Origin: Narcine bancroftii
Taxonomy: Eukaryota
NCBI RefSeq assembly: GCF_036971445.1
Contig: NC_091480.1
Span: 15,066,001 to 15,130,000 of the forward strand
Length of the DNA: 64,000 nt
Direction: 5' to 3'
Below, in pieces: positions 37,538 through 46,918 of the stretch (within the stretch, counting starts at the first letter, position 1; the number at the start of each line of letters is the position of its first letter). The notes under the pieces were generated by a model. The model had not been told where the DNA came from and ran no database searches. It saw nothing but the letters and a program-made list of their open reading frames with translations. The translations under genes and the position numbers were made by a program.

Positions 37538-38767
37538 CTATTTTTGTAATTGTTCTGCAAATTTTCGTGCTTCTTCTGGATCCGAGAATAGTCTGTTTTG
37601 TTGTCCTGGAATAAATATTTTCAATACCGCAGGATGCTTCAGTGTAAATTTATATCCTTTCTTCCATAAAATCGCTTTTGCTGCATTGAACTCTTTTCTC
37701 TTCTTTAGGAGTTCAAAGCTTATATCTGGATAAATGAAGATTTTTTGCCCTTTATACTCCAGTGGTTTGTTGCCCTCTCTTACTTTTTCCATTGTCTTCT
37801 CCAGCACCTTTTCTCTTGTAGTATATCTTAGGAATTTTACTACAATAGATCTTGGTTTTTGTTGTGGTTGTGGTTTAGGGGCCAATGCTCTATGTGCCCT
37901 TTCTATTTCCATTTCTTGCTGTAGTTCTGGACATCCTAGGGCCTTAGGGATCCATTCTTTTATAAACTCCCTCATATTCTTGCCTTCTACATCTTCCTTA
38001 AGGCCCACTATCTTTATGTTATTTCTTCTGTTATAATTTTCCATTATATCTATTTTTTGGGCTAGTAATTCTTGTGTCTCTTTAGTTTTTTTATTAGATT
38101 CCTCCAATTTCTTTTTTAAGTCTTCTACCTCCATTTCTGCTGCTATTGCCCGTTCTTCCATCTTGTCCATTTTTTTCCCCATTTCTGTTAAGGTCATATC
38201 CATTTTATTTATTTTCTTTTCTGTGTTGTTTATTCTTCTTCTTAAATCATTGAATTCCTGTGTTTGCCATTCTTTAAATGACTCCATGTATCCTCTAACA
38301 AGAGCAAGTACCTCCTTTACCTTGCCTATCTTTTCTTCTTCTATTTCCCTGTACTCTTCCTCTTCCTCTTCTTCTTCCTCTAGGTTGACCATCTGTTGTT
38401 TCTTTGCTGCCCTTTCCTCCTCTTCTTTCTTGTTTCTATTGTCTTCTGTGGTCTCTTCTTGCTGCAGGTGTTCTGCAGCTGTCGTTGCCGGCTGTGGAGA
38501 TCGACTCCCCAGCTGGTCCCCCCTCCCGTCGGTGTGTTTTTTTGTATGCGCATCGCGCATGCGCGAGGAGTCGCGCATGCGCGGTTGCGCACTTTTACTC
38601 GGCTCTGTGAGCCATTGTTGTAGTTCTCTTTCTACCGACCTGAGGTAGTGGGGTCTTCTCTCCACAGCGGGCCTCTTCGGACAGGTAAGGCCTTCACCTT
38701 TTTCCTCCGTTGTCTTCTCTTCCTCTCTTCTTTCCGTTGATTTTGATTTTTCTCCTTTTGTCTCCAT
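37538..38767 (-). CDS. L1 ORF1p (coiled coil, RRM, CTD; Transposase_22-like); true start codon uncertain
   Basis: E/K-rich coiled coil, then ENYNRRNNIKIVGL, IERAHR, PRSIVVKFL, IFIYPDIS. Confidence 0.93.
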   Translation of the reverse strand: METKGEKSKSTERREEEKTTEEKGEGLTCPKRPAVERRPHYLRSVERELQQWLTEPSKSAQPRMRDSSRMRDAHTKKHTDGRGDQLGSRSPQPATTAAEHLQQEETTEDNRNKKEEEERAAKKQQMVNLEEEEEEEEEYREIEEEKIGKVKEVLALVRGYMESFKEWQTQEFNDLRRRINNTEKKINKMDMTLTEMGKKMDKMEERAIAAEMEVEDLKKKLEESNKKTKETQELLAQKIDIMENYNRRNNIKIVGLKEDVEGKNMREFIKEWIPKALGCPELQQEMEIERAHRALAPKPQPQQKPRSIVVKFLRYTTREKVLEKTMEKVREGNKPLEYKGQKIFIYPDISFELLKKRKEFNAAKAILWKKGYKFTLKHPAVLKIFIPGQQNRLFSDPEEARKFAEQLQK

Positions 38768-38902
38768 CTTCTTTCCACCTTTATATTCACTTTTCTTTAA
38801 CTTGTATTTCTGTGCCTTTGTATTTTCTCTTGTTTTTCCCGACTTTTCTGGAGAGGGCTGGAGTTCACCGTCCGGCCACTACTCCATCACGTGACTCCTC
38901 CC

Positions 38903-39180
38903 CATGGTTTGGTAATTTGAGAGCTCAGGAATGCAGAATGCTTTGGGAAATAGCAAACATAGCCAAGTCCATCATGGGCTCCAACCTCCCATTCATTGAC
39001 GACATCTGTGAGGCACTGCATCAAGAAGGCAGCCAACATCATACAGGGCCCCCATCTCACGGATTACAACCTGTTCCTTACTGCTACCTTCAGAAGAGAG
39101 GTGCAGAAGCTTGAAGACTTCCACCTCAAGGTTCAAGAATATGTTTTTTCCCAATGGCTATCAAGTTCTTGAACTTCCAC
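38903..39180 (+). mobile_element. Old Rex1/Babar LINE, 3' part (resumes after the L1)
   Basis: Continues (W)FGN...IAKSIMGSNLP...; collinear with other Rex1 3' fragments in the window. Confidence 0.75.
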
Positions 39181-39217
39181 AACAACCCTCACCATCAACT
39201 ATGAGACCACAAGAAAA

Positions 39218-39428
39218 GTAAAGGCTCCATTACTGTCACATAATACTACATTTAGAATTTAACATGCATGAAATTCTTTGACTTTTGTCTACCGTAAGGC
39301 AGGCAGAGAATCGCCACTTTGTCCAGTGCCCCTCAAAGAAACCTACAGCACCCCTCCAAGTACTGACCAGGCTTGCTTAGCTTCTAAGATCAGACAATCT
39401 CATGCATATTCAGGCTATTAGACCTGTC
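39218..39428 (-). mobile_element. 5S rRNA-derived SINE (second copy)
   Basis: Reverse complement TAGCCTGAATATGCATGAGATTGTCTGATCTTAGAAGCTAAGCAAGCCTGGTCAGTACTTGGAGGGGTGCTGTAGG plus the shared tail CTGCCTTACGGTAGACAAAAGT...TGTAGTATTATGTGAC. Confidence 0.8.
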
Positions 39429-39542
39429 TGCTCCATTGAAAAGCTGTTTTTTCTTTCTTGCATCAAATGTAACTGTGAATATTTATTTATCGATCTATCT
39501 TTTATATTTATTAACTCTTTCTCTAAAAGGTAATTTAATGTA

Positions 39543-39975
39543 CCATATATACTTGAGTAATCATTGATATAGTGTAATAGTCGACCCTCCCTTTTTTGCC
39601 CAAAAATTGCGCATTTTCGTATGACCCGTGTAAAAGTCAACCCTCCTTTGACCTCTGACTGCCTGCTCATCCAAGCTCCCGACACCTCGACCACAGATCC
39701 TTGCCCTGGCGGCCTGCCCACCAGAGCTCCAGACCCCTTACCGTGGATTCTTGCTTTAGCCGCCTGCCCACTGGAGTTCCCAATGCCATGACCGAGGATC
39801 ATTGCCTCGGCCGGCTGGCCGCCCGCCCGTCTAAGCTCCTGACACCCGAACTGACTCACCACCCAGCCCTCGTCATCTGAGGTCCCGATGCCTTGAACGA
39901 CACAGTCAAACGTATAACCCAAATAAAAGTCAATCCCTCAAATTTGACCGAAAGAATTGTCCAAAAATTTTGACA
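39543..39975. mobile_element. Tc2/pogo-like non-autonomous DNA element (degenerate)
   Basis: Begins TA|CCATATATACTTGAGTA (CCGTATATACTCG-type TIR) with repeated TAAAAGTC(G/A)ACCC sub-terminal motifs. Confidence 0.5.
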
Positions 39976-39976
39976 A

Positions 39977-40080
39977 TTGTCCCGCATCGGACTTGTCAGC
40001 CACCAACGAGCCTGCAGCTGACGTGGACATTTACCCCTCCATAAATCTTCGTCCGCAAAGCCAAGCCAAAGAAAGAAAGA
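39977..40080 (+). mobile_element. Very short RTE 3' end
   Basis: TGTCCCGCATCGGACTTGTCAGCCAC...AGCCAAGCCAAAGAAAGAAAGA, same family as 13605 and 25169. Confidence 0.88.
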
Positions 40081-40445
40081 TTGTTTTTTTTATCAAAAAA
40101 ATCTGTTTGCCTGCAGCAACTAAGAATTTTGCTGTACTTGTGTGTATGACAATAAACTAATTATCATTGTTTTTTTAATGCTTTTTAAGCACAAAAGGGT
40201 GCACTTAAAGCCAGGATTTCTTGAAGTGTAGTTTTATTTCTCTACAATTGAAGACAATTTTGCAAATGGTTCTTTTTACTTTTATTCTCTATTGAATGAC
40301 ACCCATTGCCTCAAATACATGAATATATCAGTAATATTTATAATTTTGATTTACTCAATTGATTACTTCAATGTTTTATATCGATATGTCAATTTGCTTC
40401 AAGTGAAATGATCATCTAAGTTTGTTTTCCATTTTCTTCTTTCAG

Positions 40446-40597
40446 ATAATAGCGATCTAATTGCTTGCACTGTAGTTACAAAAGATGGCAGTCAAGTGTA
40501 TCGGTTCCTGGCAGTAGATGTTTATCAAATGAGCCTCGTGGAACCTGACAGCAAACGGCTTGGATGGGGAGTGGTAAAATTTGCAGGTTTGCTTCAG
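40446..40597 (+). CDS. CLEC16A: CLEC16A coding exon (~exon 20)
   Basis: tcag|AT...CAG|gtaaaa; (N)NSDLIACTVVTKDGSQVYRFLAVDVYQMSLVEPDSKRLGWGVVKFAGLLQ. Confidence 0.97.
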
Positions 40598-40719
40598 GTA
40601 AAAGAGTTAAATGAGGAGGTACATTTGATCAATTCAAAAATATTGCATGTTTTCTCAAGCCAATCTGACCTCTCCTGCTACAGGCTTTGCCAAAAAATCG
40701 CATTTGTTAAGCTTAATGC

Positions 40720-41700
40720 ACAGAAGTGCTGAAGAAACTTAACATGCCGTAGGAGGCAAAGATCTATAACCAACTTTTCAGGCCTGAGCCCTTTGTAAGA
40801 TATGAGCAAAGAGTGGGCCAGCATCTGAATAAAATGATGGGGGGGAGGAGGAGGGAAGAAGGGGCTTGGGGTTGGTGAAGAAATCAAAGGCCAACAGCTA
40901 AGAGGCCATAGGTGAACATGGATAGGAAGGCAGGAGAGGTGAGAATTGATTGGGTGACTGCAGAGCTGGATGAAAGGAGACAAAGGGGTGGGGAAAGTGA
41001 GAGGCAGGGGAAGGAAGCTGGAGGAAAAGAATAGGGATAGGAAATGAAAGGCAGTGGGGGCGTGGTGGGGGGGTGGGTGGAGAGAGGAAATGGAAACCAG
41101 AGAAATTGATGTTAATGCCATAGTCTTGGAGAATGCCCAGAAGGATATGAGGTGTAGTTCCTCCGATTTCCAATTGGCATCAGCTGGGCAGTGTACGAGT
41201 CCATGGACAGACATATCAGCATGGGAATGGGGCGGGGAATTGAAATGTGTTGCCACTGGGAGATCCCCACAGTACAGTAGACGGAGCAAATGTGAGATCT
41301 CTCAGTCTGTGCCCAGTCTTTCCAATGTTGAGGAGATCACAACAAGAGAAACAGATGCAATGGATATTCCCTACAGATTCTCAAGTGAAATGTTGCTTCA
41401 CTTGGAAGGACTGTTTGCTGGTGAGAGAGGAAGTGTGTGTGTGTTTGTGTAGCATTTTCTGTGGTCATAGGGGTAGGCACCAAGTGTGCGATTGGTGGGC
41501 TCGAGAGTTGAGGAGGGAGCCGTCCCTGCGGAAGCTGGAATGTTGGGGGGGAGGGGTGCCCTGCCTCCTCTTTGCTCATGCCTTGGTGAACAGCTCAGGC
41601 CCAAAGTGTTGGTCCTATGTATGCTGCAGGACCTGGTGAGCTTCTCTCGCACTTTTTTTTATTCACTACCATCACAGTGTCTGCACACTGTCTTGTTTAA
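40720..41700 (-). mobile_element. Penelope-like element fragment (GIY-YIG C-terminus, inverted pseudo-LTR ends)
   Basis: DLPVATHFNSPPHSHADMSVHGL...EELHLI...LQDYGININF; inverted terminal copy at ~41570-41690. Confidence 0.8.
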
Positions 41701-42030
41701 TTACATTAGTTATGTGCTGCTTGGGTTTCAGCATGGCTTGAACTTCTTCATGTGTACTTTGAAAGCCATAAAGTCCAAGATGTGCTGGAAGTTACTTGTA
41801 GGTGCTTTGTCTGCTCCATTGATGGTGTACCTTTGAGCCAAGCAGTGGAACAGAGACTTGGTGAAGAGAGGATCCAGATGCACTTTGCATCAGGTCTCAG
41901 CATTTTACCTGGGAAGGGTGGCGGACAAACAGCTAACACGTGTTTGTAGGCACTCGACCCCAGCATCCGCAGACTTTCATGTTTACCTTTATTTGTAGAA
42001 ATAGATTAATTATTTTACTCTCAATGTTTT

Positions 42031-44400
42031 TTTTTAAACTTTATTTATTTGTTCAAAATACAAATAATAAGTAACATATATAACAATAAACAAAACATGA
42101 ATGTTATATTTTATATATATTAAAAAAAAAGAAAGAAAAAAAAGGAAAGAAACCCTTTCAGCCAACTCTTCTAAGGAGAGCCATAAAGAAAAAAGAAAAA
42201 AATAAAGAAAAATAAAGCATACATATTAAAATCTAGTCAATATAAATCAAAATGTAAATATTCTGAATATAACAACCACCTATTAATAAAAAAACTATAG
42301 TTATCTGCAAAACATATGTAATTTTTTCCATTATTAAACAATATTTCATCTCATTATGCCAAAAGTCTCAAATTTAATCATTTCAGATAAAATCATAATC
42401 TCTACCGAACACATGTTTTATCAAAGATCGAACTTGATAAAAATACACTTACGCTTAATCGGACTGTTTAAACCCCGAACATTAAAAGTAGCAAACTTCA
42501 ACTTTGACATATCCACTAATATTACTAAAAACTAATAATATCAATATATAAAGACTCAGATCAACGTAAATAGGCCCTCCAATGGGAGAAAAAGAAACCA
42601 CAAATTAAAGTCTAAATAAAATGAAAATTTTTAAAAAAGATAAAAAGAAACCCCTCCCCCCAAAAAAAAACTACCAAAAGGTAGTAATCCCTAAACAAAA
42701 GTTGGGTGTGGATTACCCACCAGTGGCTGATGACTAGTAGAACATAGAGCAAATTTCTCCCTCGCCAGCCAAACAAAGAATAACAACAAGATATCATAAT
42801 GACATAAAAAGAAAATAAAAATAAAAAATTTCTTCTATTCATCCAAGAAATTCCAGACTCAGCGACCCCATTTCAAAGAAACGGACTCTTTCCATTCCCA
42901 TTTCTACCGTTTCTTCCATTTCCAGAGCAACCAGATTTTTCTTTAGGAGACAATGGTGGGCTACGTCTTTGTCCTCTTACATCTGGCAACGAGTCAGCAA
43001 AACTCATTGCTTCACACTCATTCTCAAAAAACCAAGATTGAAAGTCTCCACAAAACACCTTCAACACTGCCGGATAGCGAAAAGTAGACTTATAACCTTT
43101 ACGCCACAAAACTTCTTTAACTGGATTAAATCGACGCTGACGCTGAATAACCTCTTGACTCAAATCAGGATAGAAAAAAACTCTACTGTTCTGAATCATT
43201 AACGGAGCTTGTCGTTGTCTCGTGTTTTGGACTGCTGAATTAAGTATCGTTTCTCTGTCCAAATAATTCAAACATCGAATTATCACGGGTCTCGGTGGTT
43301 GACCAGGCAGAGGTCTTCTTCTTAAGGCTCTATGAGCTCTTTCCAATACCAGACCTCCAGAGAAAAATTCCTGCCCCAGTATTTGTGGAATCCATTCGGT
43401 AAAAAAACGAAGAGGATCTTGTTCTTCCATACCTTCTGGCAAACCAACAATCTTCACATTATTCCTTCTACTTTGATTCTCCAAATAATCTACTTTCCTC
43501 TCTAACTCCCTCTCACGTTCTCGCAATTCTTTAACAGATTCTTCCACCTCCAACACTTTTTCTGTATTGGAAGTCACTTGTTGTTGACATTTCAAAAAAG
43601 CAGCCTGAAATTGTTTAAAATCCTCACAAGATGCTTCCAAATGTATTTTAACTGTATCCAGTTCCAAACTGAGCCTCTGAGACATGAATGATAGGCTGAA
43701 TGATAAGGCTTAGCTGTTTACATTGTAATTCAGAAAAGCTCAGCCTTGCCTTCTCTTGCGTAGTGGCAGAACCAGGTAACTGCAGCTCCTGCTGCATCTC
43801 AACAACAGGCAGTTTAACAGTTTTACTGCGGGTCTGGACTCCCAGCGACGGCACCCCGACTTCCTCAGCGGGCCGACGCTGTTCTCCCTCTGCAACCCGT
43901 TGATGCTTCAAAAACTCACAAAAAAGACCAAAATATTCAGATTGGAGTATATCCTGGGGTATTTCAAGCAATGGAGTCGTCTTCTTGCGTACCCCCTCCG
44001 TTAAAGTCAGCAGGCTGCCAGAATCAGGATCCACATCGGGGGCACACGCACCTTCCTCCTGAGAACGGGTAATTCCAGCGATGTCCTTTTCCTGGTGAGT
44101 AGTAGTCATTTTTTCAGCTCCCACAGGAATTCTCTGTGGTTTAGGTTTGAAAAAAAGCAAACCTGAAGTTGTAGCAGACTGTTTAGGCTCTAAATCTTCA
44201 ACACTCCGAAAATGTAGTTTCTTCTGTACTTGAGGTTTAATCTTTTTACTATTAACAGCCATAACAATTCCTTGATCATTTAAACTAAGTTTTTAAAAAT
44301 TTAAACCTGAAAACAAAGAATTAAAAACGGGTTCTTAAAAGTCTGGCCAGAGAGGTCGAGATTACACGTCTAGACTCTACGCCATCTTGCCATGCCCCCC
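42031..44400 (-). mobile_element. Internally deleted L1 of a second family: ORF1 retained, ORF2 almost gone (HAL1-like)
   Basis: TSD ACTCTCAATGTTTT at 42017-42030 and 44401-44414; 5' GGGGGCATGGCAAGATGGCG; ORF1; ORF2 scraps at 42237-42510; AATAAA and short poly(A). Confidence 0.92.
42873..44262 (-). pseudogene. L1 ORF1p of the HAL1-like element, split by one frame change near 43650-43700
   Basis: ORF 43648..44262 (N-terminal part) overlaps ORF 42873..43685 (LENQSRRNNVKIVGLPE, LERAHR, PRPVIIRCL, FFYPDLS). Confidence 0.85.
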
Positions 44401-45099
44401 ACTCTCAATGTTTTGAACTATGTGTTTTCCATGAAATTTGGTTTTTTTAGTTTTATCAATCTTGTGAGTTTTTAAAAATATTTCTATCAAAACTAAGCAA
44501 GATGAACTGATGATTTTGGGGGGGCAAATACAAGACGATGTGGCATATGATGAAGTTACCAAGACTGAGGACTTTGGTGTGCAGGGCAACAGTCTATAAC
44601 ATTGAGACTACTTGCATTACTCAGCTAATTCTCCCTTGTCGGTCATGGCATGGTGAATCCAGGCTCTAGGCTGAGTTCACGATGATCCAAATCAACTTTG
44701 GACCTCTTTATGGCATCTGACTTGTCCATGGTGACAAAAATAGGATTTTAATGTTACTTGAGGAGGTGTAAGTAATCTTTCAACAAAATATGGAGGGACA
44801 GCTATAGTCTATCTTTTGATTAAATTTATTTTGTTTTTTGATGCCTTTCATCTCAGCCACACAATAGCTTGTATTCAGACGAGTGCTTCCATATTTAGCA
44901 AAGATTAAGTTTTTCATCGTTTATTAATCAAAAGATGTAGGTGATTCTTGACTTAACTTGTGTCTGTCTTATTAGCTAATTTTACAGTGTGAGAAGTCTG
45001 GAGCCCAATTATTTTTCATCCTTCCACTGAAGTGAAAAGCTTCTCTCAAGAGGCATGTTTCATCAAATTCATATTATCAAGCACTATTGTTAACAGTGA

Positions 45100-45310
45100 A
45101 ACACTGAGTTCTGCAGATGCTGTGATTGTATTAAAAACTCGCAGTAAATGCTGGAGGCGCTCAGCTGGTCTCACAGCTGACATTTGGGTCTGAGCCCTTC
45201 TTCGTTAGGCTTGAGGAGGGGCTCAGGCCTGAAACATCAGTAATATATCGTTAGCTCCTATGGATGCTGTGAGACCAGCTGAGTTCCTCCAGAATTTACT
45301 GTGTATTTTT
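45100..45310. mobile_element. Penelope-derived fold-back element
   Basis: CTGGAGGCGCTCAGCTGGTCTCACAGC / GCTGTGAGACCAGCTGAGTTCCTCCAG inverted arms with two opposed GGGCTCAG(G/A)CC motifs. Confidence 0.7.
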
Positions 45311-45514
45311 TTACTTTTGTTAGCAGGATGGGGATGAACTAAATTTTATTTTGGTAGGTCTATTTTGGATTCACTTTAAACTTCTGTAGTATTGTGTCTG
45401 ATGTCAAATATAAAAATACTTTTGCATCCATTTCTTCCTGCATTATGTTTGAAAAACAAAGCTATGACACAATTAAGTTATTTCAAACTTATTTGAATTA
45501 TTGTCCCTTTATAG

Positions 45515-45719
45515 GATATGCAGGTGATGGGAGTAGAAGATGACAGTCGGGCTTTAAGCATAATTATCCATAAGCCTGCATCAAACCCTCATGCTAGGCC
45601 CTTCCCTATTCTCCAGGCAACATTCATCTTTGCTGATCATATTCGTTGTATCATCGCAAAGCAGCGATTAGCGAAGGGTCGCATTCAAGCGCGACGTATG
45701 AAGATGCAACGGATAGCAG
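45515..45719 (+). CDS. CLEC16A: CLEC16A coding exon (~exon 21)
   Basis: atag|GAT...GCAG|gtttgt; DMQVMGVEDDSRALSIIIHKPASNPHARPFPILQATFIFADHIRCIIAKQRLAKGRIQARRMKMQRIA. Confidence 0.97.
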
Positions 45720-45799
45720 GTTTGTTTCTTTTTTCTCTGAGCTGGATTATCTTGGCCTATCAAGTATATTGCTGGTTACCTGGTGAAGTATGATATATA

Positions 45800-46700
45800 T
45801 GTGTATCCCACACTTTTCGAACTTTCGCTTTACACTACTTCGCTTTTACGAAAGACCTACATGTTTTTGTTAATCCAAATAGGATTTTATGGAAAAAGGT
45901 GACCGAAAAGTCACAATCTCCAGAAGAACTGTCAATTGCTGCAGCCAGACTGGGGGTGCAGTAGTGCGCAAAATAGACGGCGACAAGGAGGTCTTGCGAG
46001 AGCTGGCCTCGGTGGCCGCCATGTTTCATTTGGCTTCAGCCTTTTAATAAGTTGAGAGCGAACAGGAGGAGGAGGAGGAAGGGTAGACGGAGCGAGGGAA
46101 GTACTGAGCGGAGGGGTATTGGGAGGGAAAGGCCTGTGGCAGGGAGTGGTGGTGGTGCCACGAACCTCTGTGCACCACTGACATATTCCCCCCCCACAGA
46201 AGTGATGCTAGTTTCACTAGTGGCACTCACCACGTTAAATACAGCATCCCAGTGTCTATACGCCGTGCATGGCCACGTTTCTTGCGTGCATGCGTGAGTG
46301 CCGGCTATTGTATGCGAGCAAGAAGAAATATGGTCATGCATGGCCTACGGACCCTGGGGTGCTGCATTTAACATGGTAAGTGCCTCCTTCCTTGCCCTTT
46401 CTTCCCTACACCCCCAAGTGGAGAACAAATGAACATTAGGATTGAGGTGGCTCCAGACGTAGGACAGATTGCTCAAAAAACAGACTGTCCTGCTTAAAAC
46501 TGGTCGTCTGGCTACCCGAGCGCCAGTTGAGGAATGAGAGGTGAGAGGTGGCAAGTGGGCGAGGGAGAAGAAGGGTGTGTGATGGGGCGGGGGGGGGGGG
46601 TGTTGGGGGAGGAGAAATGTGGCCTGGAAGCCAAGGTGGTGTTTGGGAACCACTGCGTTACATGAATGCAGTATGATTTGATGGGTTCTTTTTTGGGTCT
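45800..46700. promoter_or_regulatory. Candidate intronic enhancer/promoter (CpG-rich; IRF-type, YY1 and GC-box motifs)
   Basis: Local CpG retention; ACTTTCGCTTT 45821-45831; ACTTCGCTTTT 45837-45847; GCCGCCATGTTT 46015-46026; GGGGCGGGG at 46584; no resemblance to repeats seen elsewhere in the window. Confidence 0.4.
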
Positions 46701-46865
46701 GGGGATGCTCAAAAAAATGTTACCATATAAATTAATGGTAATTGCTTCTTTCCTTTGAGCCATTTCGGCTTATGAAAGATTTCATCAGAGAGCTCTACTT
46801 TTGGATAGCAGGGGATTGGTGTGTGTCTGTGTGGGATATAGATATATTAGAATATTTAATATCTT

Positions 46866-46879
46866 ATATATATATATAT

Positions 46880-46911
<32 letters not shown>
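46866..46911. repeat. Compound (AT)n(AC)n(AT)n microsatellite
   Basis: Seen directly. Confidence 0.9.

Positions 46912-46918
<7 letters not shown>

Larger units (their letters stand above)
32865..38902 (-). mobile_element. Full-length, ORF-intact LINE-1 (L1 clade)
   Basis: 5' end GGGAGGAGTCACGTGATGG, ORF1, 600-bp spacer, ORF2, 3'UTR with AATAAA and poly(A) (T run 32862-32887); TSD CATGGTTTGGTAATTT at 32849-32864 and 38903-38918. Confidence 0.97.

Noticed and set aside
33609-38648. Many plus-strand ORFs inside the L1 (e.g. 34602..35114, 38163..38648)
   Set aside because: Antisense shadows of the A-rich ORF1/ORF2 codons; low complexity and no recognisable domain.
42440-42460. Splicing as the cause of the first ORF2 deletion in the HAL1-like element
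   Set aside because: The GTAAGT donor-like sequence near the junction is retained rather than removed; cannot be supported without the parent sequence.
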